DNA from: Camelus dromedarius
Lineage: Eukaryota
Reading direction: 5' to 3'
DNA: 64,000 nt
Assembly (NCBI RefSeq): GCF_036321535.1
Contig: NC_087444.1
Coordinates: forward strand, 36,518,001-36,582,000
Part shown: one piece after another, positions 23,531-35,202 of the stretch
Position numbering within the stretch: the stretch's first letter is position 1
How the letters are laid out: every line of letters starts with the position of its first letter
Translations under genes and position numbers: made by a program
The notes under the pieces: model-generated
Database searches by the model: none
What the model was told of the DNA's origin: nothing
The model's input: only the letters and a program-made list of their open reading frames with translations

Positions 23531-24727
23531 TGAGCTCTAAACCACAAGGCGACCATGTCTCTCCCCTACAAAACACTTGTGTTAAAGGTCAAACCCTCAA
23601 AGTTCCACAGGTGGCTATCCACACCTATCCCTAACTCCTTAGCTATTCTCTCCTTCCTTCATCCAGCTCCACACATAAATACACCAGAACTCGCTGCATG
23701 TTTGCTCCTTGTGTTTTTTGCACAGGTGAGTCCCTAGGCCGGGATGCCCTCTCTCCCCTCATCAGTTCCTGACTGCCTGGTCAGTTCCTGCTCTCCCCTC
23801 AAGTCACTGTTCAGCTGCCACCTATTTGGGTCCTCCTTCCTAGACTCAAATGTTGACCCCAAAACCATGTGCAAATCCATATCAACACACCCAGGGTCTA
23901 CTCCTCTGCCGGAACATGGTAACTCTGGGCTGTGAGGGTTGCAATGTGGTTCTTGCCACACCCTATTCCACCCCTCCAATCTCCCAGCACAGAGCATGGC
24001 CCAGCAAACTGTAAGATTTCTAATTCCAAATCTTCCACAAAGCTTTCAACTCATGGCTGGGAGGGAGCATTCCTGAGTCCAGAAAAAGCAGCAGGGTGCA
24101 GAGCCCCCCTCTCATCCCCATGCAACACAGGGGAGGATGGGAGGATGTTCCCCAGGACGGCCAGCAAGCCCTGACCTTGTTTCTAGTACATTTAAAGAAC
24201 AGCCTGGAAAGAAACAAAATGCCAAGGCTCAGAGGCAGCCTTACACCAGATTGGGAACTGACCTTGAAGATGGCTTCTCCTATAGCTCTTCCAAGAGGGC
24301 CGCTGACAACGCCATCTCCTGCTTCACCCCAATAGTCTGCAGGCTGACCAAGAACAGGCTCCTTGAGGAGCAGAAATGACCTTGGTGACCTCTCGCCCAC
24401 TGAGCATTAGCCTTCACTGACCCTTAGGTCTCTGTGGGTACAAAGACCCTCTAAGAATGCCTCAAAAACTGTGGCCCTCTCTTAATAAACTTGCACAGAG
24501 GCAGAGATTACCCAGCCTTGTGAGAGATTTCAAGTTGCTCACACTCCCTGAGGGTCAGTCATAGACCCCAGGTTAAAATTGCTGGCCCAGAAGATCCCAT
24601 TGGGTAACAGAAAATCTTCATTTTTATCCCCAAATTCTGGGTCAGTGTTTCCAGTATTTCAAAACTTGAAACAGCTGTGTCCAGCTGATAACGTCTCATT
24701 TTCCCTAATGCGTATTAGGTGTGGAAA

Positions 24728-24900
24728 CATGCTAAGGGCTTTATGCACACTTGTTTTAAACACCCTGTGAGTCAACTCCATGCTAGAGATGAGCAAAATG
24801 AGGCTCAGCAAGGTCAGCTAATTTTCTCAAGGTCACAGGCCTAACAGATGGTGTAACTAGACCGAACTAGGCTTAGAGGACTCCAGAGCCAGGACTCCCA
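24728..24900 (-). mobile_element. MIR fragment
   Basis: agatgagcaaaatgaggctcagcaaggtcagc..caaggtcacag matches the reverse MIR core. Confidence 0.55.
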
Positions 24901-25599
24901 GAGACAACTGGTCTGGGGATAAAAATGAACAGTATGTAGGGCTGAAGCCCTGGATCTCTAACCTTGACTTTCTCAGATGGGGCAAGACAGGCCTGATAGT
25001 GCTTCTACCTCCAAACAAAGGAACCAGGCAGATTTCCACATCAAACAATAGACATTTTCACAGGGAATGATCTCATAGTTTTCCCAAACCTTCAAAGTCA
25101 CAACCACATTCTACCATCTCAGCAAAGCCGAGATAGATCCTGGCCTAGCTGGACCTGCGGCAAGGATGGGGGCAGGAGAGTGATGGGGAAGAGGACATTA
25201 CTAACTTCATACTGATACACAGAAGGATGCTCACATTTGAGGGTCCATCACCAAGGCCCACAGAGAATGCCAGCAGATGTGCCAAGCTTGTAGTGGGGTC
25301 CTTGAAATCAGCACCAAACATGGCCATTATCCTCACACGTACTGTCTGCCAGGACTTCCCAACCAACAAAGGCTGGGAAGGACTCCTCTGACAAGTGGGA
25401 TTGACAGCCAACCTTGGCTTAAACCCAGAGCACAGGTGTGTACTGCAGGGAGTGAGGGGAAGGTGGTGGGCTACAGCTAGACAGGAAGACACTGAAGGAA
25501 GGGTACCTGTCCTTCAGTAACAAATTGCCTCTCTCTTCATGGTGAGGGGTGCTGTGTATCCTGTCTTACGGCCCTCCAATGACTGTCCTTCCCGTTCCC

Positions 25600-26040
25600 C
25601 ACTGACAAAGTCTCAACCACTTATCCTGCCTTCAAGGCCCTGGGTAACCTGGCCTCCCGACTCTTCAACTTCATCTCCTGCTACTCAATGCCTCCCCTTC
25701 TCTGCAGCCACTCTGGGCATTTTCCTGTTTCTGGAAGATGTCGAGCCTGTTCCAGCCGAGGGCTTTGCAACTGCTGATCTTTTTACCTAGATTACTCTTC
25801 CCCCTAGATCTTCATGTGTCTGACTCCTTGTCACTTGTAAGGGTCAGCTCAAATGTCTTCTCCTCACAGACATCTTCCCTGACCACTCAGTCTAACATAG
25901 CCACCCAGTTACTCACTTCACCATCCTGTACTGTCTTAGCACTTGTCACTGCATTAGACTGTCACACATATGTATTTGTTTATGGTCCGTCTCCCTGACT
26001 GGGGCATCCCTGTTCCCAAGATACCTGGTCCAGCCCTTCT
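25600..26040 (+). mobile_element. L2 3' fragment
   Basis: cagctcaaatgtcttctcctca..cttccctgaccac..cttagcacttgtcact..tttgtttatggtccgtctccc is typical of the L2 3' end. Confidence 0.6.
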
Positions 26041-29000
26041 TCTCTGGAGGAGTGAGTTCTGGACAAACCCTGTTCAATTTAAGTGGCCAAGTGACCTACC
26101 TCCCCTTCACTCAAATGTTCTGTCCCAGCTGTTAAGGAACAATTCTTTGGAGGGACAACTGTGGCTGAAAAGCAGGCACACAACCACACCCTCAAAGGCC
26201 TGGCCTCTAGCTAGCTCCTCCTCTCCCTCAAGGGATGACTCTCTGACCCTGTCCCCTCATCAGTAATTATGAGGAAGTTAGGGTAATCAACTGAGGGTAT
26301 GAAGCAGGGCCCAGTTATAAGGAGTCATTGGCAGGTCCTAGGTGAACACTAGGTCAAGAGCTAGGAAGAAGGTGGGTAACTCAGCTTCCTGTAGGGGCAC
26401 CACACTGTGGAGCAGCCTCGACCCAGGACCAGGAATGGCCTCATCCACCACTTCCCTGCCCGAAGTATGGAGAGAAATCAGCCAAGGTCTGGTGCCTTCA
26501 GTACCGTAAGGGCCTTTCCCTTCTCTTCTATTTGGAGGGAGGGCTCCAGGGCCTTCAGGCTGCCCTGGCTAGCCTAGAAACTCAACTCTGAGACCTGCAT
26601 TCTGGTCTCTCTGCTCTGCATTTACTCATTTCCTGAGTAGTCGCCCCTTTCCAGGTGGCTCAAGGATCTCTGAGACCCCTGTCCTAGACAGCTCCCATTC
26701 ATGAATTTGCTGATTCATGTACGATAAGTCAAACTCCTACAAGCTGAATAGTTACATGTATTCCCTCATTTGAGCTTCACAGCCCTGTAAAGCTGATATG
26801 ATGATCATAACTTTGTAGATGAAGAAACCAAGACTCCAAAAGGTTAAGGAAGAATTCAAGACTATACAAGGCCTCGGGCAGAGCCAGCATTAAAATGTCC
26901 AAAAAACTGGCCTGGAGTGGAACAGCTGAGAGCCAATGTCAAGAAGCAGAAAGCACACAGGTGGCAAAATGAGGCAGTGAGGAACGAAATCCAGGCCTTT
27001 TTGTTCTCTACTGAAATCAGCAAGCTCCATGCCTGTCAGGACAGAAAGCCTCTGAGTGCATACTCAGCCTGTCAAAACAGGTTTATACCCTACAACTGAG
27101 AACTTGCATTCACCCAGGCCTGAACTACCTCTGCAAGGTCTCTACACACATATATCCTTCTAGGGGGCAGCAGTTTCTGCCATGGTGAGACCCAGTGGCT
27201 CCAATGGAGTATCAAGACTTTAAGAAATAAACATTCCAGAATGTCCCTAGTTTACTGAGACAAACTGCCTTCAGTTCCCAGGTACCTTGGACACAACGCT
27301 CTCATAAGGAGGCTTCTCCATGGTAGCCCCCTCTCCAGCCTAGGGGCTTAAGGAGTTGGCACAAAGCAGGTCCCAGCAACAAATAAAGAATAAGGCCCAG
27401 GGAAGTCAGAAGGGTCATCCTGGGCCCTCCTGTGTCCCTCTTTCCTGGCCACTAAGACCTTAAGATTCCTCCCAAGAAGATACATTTCAGCTGATAGGGC
27501 ATGAAGGGAGAAGGTACCATAGATACCTGGTGGTCAGGGTGCTGACCTGAATGATTAGTCATGCCAGACTGATTCTAGCCCTGGAAGTCACTGCAGGGAC
27601 AACCCACATGCTGCTGCCGGCCTCAGGGAGGGAGTAAAGGATTCTTGCCACATATGGTCAAAGCAAGAGAACCACAAAATCTCAAAGCTGGGAAAGGGGT
27701 AGCTAACTTCAAACTCATAAATATCCCCAAATGGCCCATCAGAAAAAAAAATAACTTTAAAAAAAGGCCCATCAGGAGGTTCAGCTCAACCCCAGGACAG
27801 AGGAATCCTGCCCAACTTTCAACGTCCATTCTGTGGAAAACTTTTTGGATCCACGCCCCTATCTCCAAAAAGGACTATTCCCTTTCATTTCTGGAGAGGG
27901 CACCTCTGTGTTTCACTCTGGGAAGATGTCCTGATAGGTATCACTACAGGAGCACTGGGCACTTTAATGTGACCCGAGAGGGTCTCAGTGAAAGGGGCAG
28001 AAGCCATAAACCTAGGCTCCAGCCAGGGAATGAGAAGACCACAGACCACAAAATGCTGGTGAGATTCCCAGGCATCGGGAGAATACCCAGCAGAGACTCC
28101 TGCGGGAGAGAAAAGGAACAGGCTATAGACAGCTGCTAGACTCAACAGCCATAGCAATTTGCAGTAGTGACAGCATCCCTCAAGGGACCCCAGACCTTCC
28201 TGGGCCCAACATCCTGAGGTATACTTTGCTCTGTGGTTTCTGTGAGGCACTGGAAAGGAGAGTGGGCTTACTAACAGCCTTTCCTCTTTGGTGCTCTAAT
28301 CATTCAGAAGCCCCCACTTCTGCAGAGGGCCCTGTGGGTCCCTTCAATTTAGCCCTCAGCACGTAACAGCAACATTACTCCTGTCTCCCCCACTACTGTG
28401 ACCTCCTTTCCCCAGCACCAGGACTTGATAGGATTCATTATTCTATATCTAGCCTCAGTCCAGAGCCTGACATACAGAAAGGACCCAAAGAATGACTGCT
28501 GAACAAAATGGATCATTGGTGAGAAAGGAGAAAAAAGTTTCAAGCAAGATACTGATGCCTTAGTAGGGGAATCCTAGAATTTTTTTGATACAAGGTGACT
28601 TCCACTTCTAAAATTTGAGAGTTCTTTCACTTAAATCATTCATTTCATCTCAATCCACCAACTGCAGAGAGCAGAATAAACTGAGACATGGCTCAGAGAA
28701 AAAAGGTGGGCTCCATGTCACTAAAGAAACTAATGTTGAGCTGGTTGAGAACCCAGCATCCTCACACCCTGCCCCCATGCTTATGCAGCCATATCCTGAC
28801 TGTCCCATGCCAGGCCCCACCTCCTAAGTCAGCCCTATATGAATAGAACATGCAGACTGATTCTGGAGAACCTCAGGGTCCTCCTCTTATCTCTGAGATG
28901 CAGATGGCCTGCCAAATTCCACAAAGGTCAAGGACTTCAATGGCTAGCTGACATCAGACACATAAGTTATAATGAACTTCCAGGACTGGAATGAGAGGGA

Positions 29001-30499
29001 GGGACCTGAATTCCTCCTACTCCTGGGTAACCTCTGAGAAGGAACAGAATCTTTTTGACCTTTAAGAAAACTGTTGTGATCAAGCCACCCAGGGCTTTGA
29101 AATGTGCAAAATAATCCACAGCCATAAAGCCTAACTCACCTGAAACCAGTGTCCTAGAAAGAACCAACCCAGACAACCCTGAGAAGGTCTTGAACAATTG
29201 CTTATAGACTAAGAGATCCAACCACACTGATGCTATGTGTGTCCTGTGGGTAGTCTGTCCTTGTTGCCCGCCTTCACTGGCAAACTAGGCCTCTCCTGAG
29301 CCTACTGAATGAACCTGATTTGCATGTGCTCCTGAGCTAGAATGTGGACTAAGACAGTTGCGTTCAAAGAGAAGGCAGGCCCTGGTTAGGAGATCTGGAC
29401 AGACCCTTGCCTGTCCTCCTGAACCAGGGAGAATGCAATTTAACTGCAGGAAAACAAGGCTGGAGTCCAATGACCAGTAAATATGACCTAGAGAAATACT
29501 CAAGGGAAAAGAAAATTTCATGGGTGGTGGCTTTCTGCATTATGGGCCTAATTCAGCTCTCCTAAGAGACCAGCTTGCTGCTGAGGCCAGGTGTACAGAG
29601 ACTTAGCTGCTTCTTTCGTCCCTGCAAGAACTGTGGCTCAGAAGCAGCACTGGGTCATACGAATCAAGGCTTGACAAACTGTCTCTTCCCAAATCCCATG
29701 TTCTTCTCTAAACTCGTCCTTTAATTCATCATCACTCAGTCAGAAGTGCCTTTAAAAAGCCTGTCAGAAAACTACTCTGTGGCGAGATACCCCCTTCTCC
29801 AGATTCAATGGAGTCCCTGGAGCCATCATTAAAGGCAATTTCCCAAGGCCTAACCAGCTTCCTGACATTCATAGGTTCCTCAGCTGTTGGAAAGTGAGCA
29901 AGTGAGGAAAGCCTGACCTTCTGCAGCCTACAACTGTAGTTCTGCCAGCCAGGCTTCAGAAGGGCCCCAGAGTCCGAATCTAAGCCCAGCAGTCCAAGTG
30001 AGCTCCATGCCCAATGTCGCTTGCAGCCCAGCCTCTCCTGTGGCACTAGACTCATGGACCTCAGACCTGGATTCTACTTGACCCTCCGTTAAACCCCACC
30101 TTGTCGGTATTATTCTTATGGAATCATTCTCCTCTGGTAGGAGGGCAGATGACCCTAGGAGGGGCAAAAGTGAGGAACAGGCTGTGCTGAAGAGATGTAA
30201 CAACGTGTTGAAGGCTCACACATTCAACTTCACCTCCTTGGCTTCTTTTCATCATCCCTCCGCTTACAGGGCCGGCCAATCCATCCACACCTGTGGCCTG
30301 GTCACTGATACAGGGAAGGTCAAGGGCTGGACCTAAGAGTCGCATCAGGCCAGATTCTCCAAGGCTGGCCGCAGGTAAAGTCCCACGTGGAACCGCCCTC
30401 CAGCCCCAGATTACCTGACCCTGCTCTCCACGCGAGAACCTACGCATGAGTTCCACACAGTGGGAGATAGATTTCGTGCACTCTCAGGAAGCAGGCAAG

Positions 30500-31600
30500 C
30501 AAGGGAGCGTTCACATACATCCTAGCCCAACTACGGCTGGGAACCGGGTGAGGGTAGGGCTGCGGCAGGCGGGCGCCCTTACCCAATGCTGACTCCGGAG
30601 CGAGCCGGGTGGAGCTTGCCCATCCCCGGATCCTTTTCAGGCTGGCGGCAGGACGTAGGCCTGGGGTCGGCCCGCTAGCCTGCCTGCAGACTTTGAGGGA
30701 CTCGGGCAGGCCTGTCTAGGCCAGACGGGGCGGGGCCCGGAGAGCCCCATCTGGGTGGTCCAGACTAGAGAAAAAGGCCCGGCCCCGGCGCGGTCCGGTG
30801 CGTCCGCCACGGGCAAGGAACGCCCAGGATAGGCTCCTGACTGTCTCTGTGTTCCCCTGGCCGCCGCCTCAGAGGACCGGCGGGAGGCGGAGCCGCGCGC
30901 GACACATGGCCCGGGCCCTGCGCGGCTTCGGGCCGCTGGGGGGAGGGGGCGGGGAGGGGCCGCCCAGGAACTCGCAGCGGAGGCTCCAGGCGGACCGGAG
31001 AGCGCCTCCTGCGGCCCAGCCCCCGCCCAGGCGCGCTAGCCCCCGACACTCACCCGAGGGGCTGGCACGATGGCGGCAGCGGCGGCGGCAACCCAGCGCG
31101 GTCTGCGACCGACTGTCCCTTCCCCCCTGCCTTCCCTCGCCACCCCGCTGCACTCTGGGAAACGCAGTCCCCTTGTGCTCCTTTCTGGCATATGTTGATT
31201 GGAGAAAACTACAGTTCCCGACGTCCTATGCGCCAAGGCCCAGACACGGCCTGCAGCGCGGGAGGTGAGGCTAAGTCGGGGAGGGAGCTTGCCGGGGCGA
31301 GCCCCTGAGAATTGTGGTCTAGCGGAAGCCTCTGGAACACCCGAGCTCGGCGCCAGGCAGGGGTCAGGGCTCAGTTGTCGCCAGGTCCCAGCTGGTCCAG
31401 CCCCGCCCTGGTTGCGCGGCCGTTTGGTGTTGGCCCCGCCTCCGTGGGAGCTCGGCCTGGCCCCAAACTGGCTTAGCCGCCCCTCCCTGGGCCTCTGGGC
31501 TGTTTCCGCTCGCAAACCCCCACCCCTCTTTGGTGCTCTGACCGCCCCTTCGGCTCTTCCAAGTGGTGCTCTAAGGCCAGCCCGGGCGGTACCCATAGCT
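30500..31600. promoter_or_regulatory. CpG island, NUTF2 promoter, with ACTACAGTTCCC (ZNF143/THAP11-type) motif at 31208-31219
   Basis: High CpG density; motif read directly. Confidence 0.75.
31054..31125 (-). other. NUTF2: NUTF2 non-coding exon 1 (upper boundary approximate)
   Basis: ..ggttgccgccgccgctgccgccatcgtgccagcccctcgg|GTGAGT donor at 31048-31053 inside a CpG island; splices to the acceptor at 20980. Confidence 0.8.
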
Positions 31601-33572
31601 TCTGTTGTCCCAACATTCTTGCGCCCTGCCGGGTGCCAGTCGGACCCAAAGCTGGTTTCAAGCAGGGGAGGCTTTCCTTGGGCTGGAGACTCAAATGCTC
31701 AAGTCGGGCTCTGCAGAAGACAAGATTACTCTTAGATTTCTACAGTGTCTACAAAACATTGTGATAAGTTTCTTATTTCTCATAAACAGTTGGGGCAACT
31801 AAGAGCGTCAATTTTTATTGAAAAAAGAGAAATAAATGGCTCTCCCAAACTTTTCCTGTGATTTAAGCGACCAGATTGTCCATAATCTCCCTCCCACCCA
31901 TTGCCCTTTCCTTAACGCCCATTTTCGTCGTTTCCCAGGCAACGCAAACATTTGAAGTAAAGCCTATCTCTAGGTCAGGCCTGTTGGAGACTGCAGGGGA
32001 ACCACAGGTAAAGCTAATAGTTACAAAGCTTCTCCAGGCCAGAGATCTCTCAGTACTCTTGTTCTTCCAGAAGAGTTTTACATCTTCACAGACCCCCACC
32101 CCCTCTCCTTCTGGGGATGGCTGGTAAGACCAGGCCAAGCTTTTATTAAATCCCAGATCTGTATTACTTTGCCTGACTAGGTTATTACTCAGCCAGTGAA
32201 ACTCTGCACTTCCCTGCTTGTGGTGTATCTGGGATCTCCTTTGCTCTGAGCTATCCTCCCTCCTCCCAGAAGCTAAAACACCAGATAGGTTGTGTGGTCA
32301 CAACATCCAGATGTAAGAGTCCTGGCCAGAGTCTGGCCCTCACCCTGTCCTGGGAGTGAGGCTGAAATGTTTAAGTGAGCCAAAGCAGAAACAATGTAAG
32401 TCCCTTCAACAAACAGGAGCTAAAGGATTCACTGAAGAGCATGGCTTGAGCCTGGGAAAATCCTCTCTCCTACTGAAGGGGAGTGGGGACACATGAGAGA
32501 CTGACGCAATAGCTGCCTGCAAAGAGCTTCAGTCCCAGCTGGCCTGGAAGGGCACTGCTGTGTTTCTGCCACCTATGAGTAGCCAGAACCAACCCTGGAA
32601 GGGAGAGATCCAGTCCCTTCCCCAGCTATTCACCTGCACAACCTATGCCCCAGACCTCCTCCAGTCCAGAAACTTGTTTCTCAAGTTGGTGCCAAGGGGC
32701 CAGGGGAACAGCAGAGACAAGAGAGACGTTTTAAACTCATTTCAGTTTGCAACGACAGGGAAGGCCCCAGGTGACTGGTTTTTTTCCATAAGTAACAGAG
32801 AAAGGAGTCATGTTTTATGGAGCCCAAGAAGTGTCCATTTTATGCCCCAACACCCATAGTAAATGGGGCTAGCTTTAAAGGCATTTGTCTATCCCCATTG
32901 GCTTTGAACTAAATTGCTTGGAACTATAGATAAAAACATCACTTTGCCCCTACAATATCCAATCTAAAAAATGTTAACAGTCAAGAAAATGAGTCAAGTG
33001 GTCACACATCCCAACTCCTATTCTTAAAGTCCTCTATAGACCCACCTCCTTCACAAATGAAAGTGTACCAAAGTCAAAGTCTATGGCTGGTTCCAGCTCT
33101 GGTCTTCACTGATTTAAGTAACTGCATACCCATGTGTGCCAGACACTGTAGTACGCTAAGGGATATAAAATGGTGAGCAAAATTTTCAACTCGAACTGAA
33201 AATTCACGAGGAATTCAAAACGCTCAGAGAAATGGGTTGCCACAATTCAATTTAGTTCTCAGTTGCTCCTTCTCCCAGTTGAAAGGACACAGGGAGCTAA
33301 CCCATTGACAAACCAGGACCATCTGGTACAAGCTGCAAACTCTTTGGGGTGAGGTGGCCCAGGAACTCTGTGAAGGCATTATGAGGCTAGGGTCCATCTG
33401 CTTAGGGCCCCTTTATGGAGAAACCTGGTCACTGAAGCATCAGCCTAGTCCTTGAGACTTAAAGCAGAGAAGGTAGAAATCTATGGGGAAGCCCATCCCC
33501 TCTATGTTTCAGGGATCATTAGCTGAGTCCTTACAAAAATAAAATGGCGAAACCCAAATAAAAACCTTACTT

Positions 33573-33712
33573 NNNNNNNNNNNNNNNNNNNNNNNNNNNN
33601 NNNNNNNNNNNNNNNNNNNNNNNNNNNNNNNNNNNNNNNNNNNNNNNNNNNNNNNNNNNNNNNNNNNNNNNNNNNNNNNNNNNNNNNNNNNNNNNNNNNN
33701 NNNNNNNNNNNN
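33573..33712. other. Assembly gap (140 N) near the expected THAP11 3' end
   Basis: N run. I found no minus-strand AATAAA between it and the THAP11 stop, so the polyA signal may lie inside. Confidence 0.9.
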
Positions 33713-34266
33713 ACCTAGATCCCTTTGTAGATGACCTCCTGGGAAGGAAGTCCTAGGAAGCAGAGGCACAGATCTGCCAGTCCCCATCAAAATCACAGGC
33801 TGCATCTGGGAAGGGAAAGCACAAAAAGTGGGAGAACTGATGTTACTTGATCTCTTGTCACTACATAGAAGAGTTGTCTCTGATTGCTGGCCAAACTCAA
33901 GGTGTTGTCTTCCCAACCCATAGTCCTTGGGCATTCCGTCTGCATCCCAAGTGGGTAAGTTCAGTGGTTCTGAAGCCCCTGCTTAACCAGAACCTGCAAC
34001 ATAAACTGGGGGTGAAGGGGGGGAGGGGGTTGACAAAGTCATAATTGCTGGTGTCACCAGTGCAGTCTGAGGTCCCCGACTTCAGGACCTTGCTTCAGGA
34101 GGAAACAAGAGAGGGTGCCAGGTCCCCAGCAAAAGATTCCAGCTGCCCTAAGCCTCAGTACTGACAACCAGTGCCCCAGGACTAGGTGGGTGTTCAACAA
34201 CCGTGGCCTGAGGTCCCCCTAAGCTGGCAGGGGTCCGGGAGTCCCAAAGGCCGAAGAGAGACCGGT

Positions 34267-34813
34267 TCACATTCCGTGTTTCTTGCGGATGACAGCCATT
34301 GCCAGCAGCCGATCCTTCTCCCGGAGTTCTTCGCGCAGCTTGGCCTCGGTGAGACGCAGGTGACGGATGCTGCCCTTCATCTCCTTCATCTTTACCTCCA
34401 TCAGCGCCAGGATGTCNNNNNNNNNNNNNNNNNNNNNNNNNNNNNNNNNNNNNNNNNNNNNNNNNNNNNNNNNNNNNNNNNNNNNNNNNNNNNNNNNNNN
34501 NNNNNNNNNNNNNNNNNNNNNNNNNNNNNNNNNNNNNNNNNNNNNNNNNNNNNNNNNNNNNNNNGCTGTAGCAGCCTCTAGCTCCGACGCAGCGGCTGCA
34601 GCGGCTGCGCCCTCTGCGGCTGCGAACTCGACTTGCACCGTCAGGTCGATGGGCTTCACGTCTTCTCCCGTGGGAGTGGTGGGCGCCGGCTGCACGGATC
34701 CTGGAGCCTGGCTGCTGTCTACAGCGGCCTGAAGGGTGAGGAGTACAGCCGCTGAGGCAGACACCAGGTTCGGCTGCAGCTGGGCGGTCTGGGCAGTGGA
34801 GGCGGACGGCGAC

Positions 34814-34854
<41 letters not shown>

Positions 34855-35202
34855 TTGTTGCTGCTGCTGCTGTTGTTGCTGCAGCTGCTGCTGCCTGCGG
34901 CGTGCGGCTGCGGCCCCCGCGGGTCTGCGTGCTACTTTGCGCTCGTTGACGCCGCGCAGCGGGAAGATGGTGGGGACGCGCACCGTGTAGGTTTTGCGAC
35001 CGCCCTGGAAGTGGACGCTGCAGAGACGGTGGCCCGTGGTGGGCTGGAAGGTGGAGAAACACCCACTGACGCCGGCACGGGACACATTCTTGAGCCAAAG
35101 GCGCCGTAGCTCAGCGTCCTTGGGAAACGTGTAGAAGTGCAACGCCTTATCCCGGTGAGAGTTGTTGTAGCAGCCCGGCACGCAGCACGTAAAGCCAGGC
35201 AT
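34267..35202 (-). CDS. THAP11: THAP domain-containing 11 (Ronin), intronless, 311 aa; 148 N gap (34417-34564) inside the CDS
   Basis: [44 protein letters not shown]...RLCSVHF..VPTIF (C2CH THAP domain), polyQ, polyA and C-terminal coiled coil [23 protein letters not shown] at 35200-35202. Confidence 0.97.
34816..34893 (-). repeat. THAP11: THAP11 CAG/CAA repeat: (CAG)3 CTG CAG (CAA)2 (CAG)4 (CAA)3 (CAG)12 = Q3-L-Q22
   Basis: Codons counted directly. Confidence 0.95.

Noticed and set aside
27645-28139. 164-aa ORF in NUTF2 intron 1
   Set aside because: No AUG-supported structure, splice signals or recognisable domain; expected by chance.
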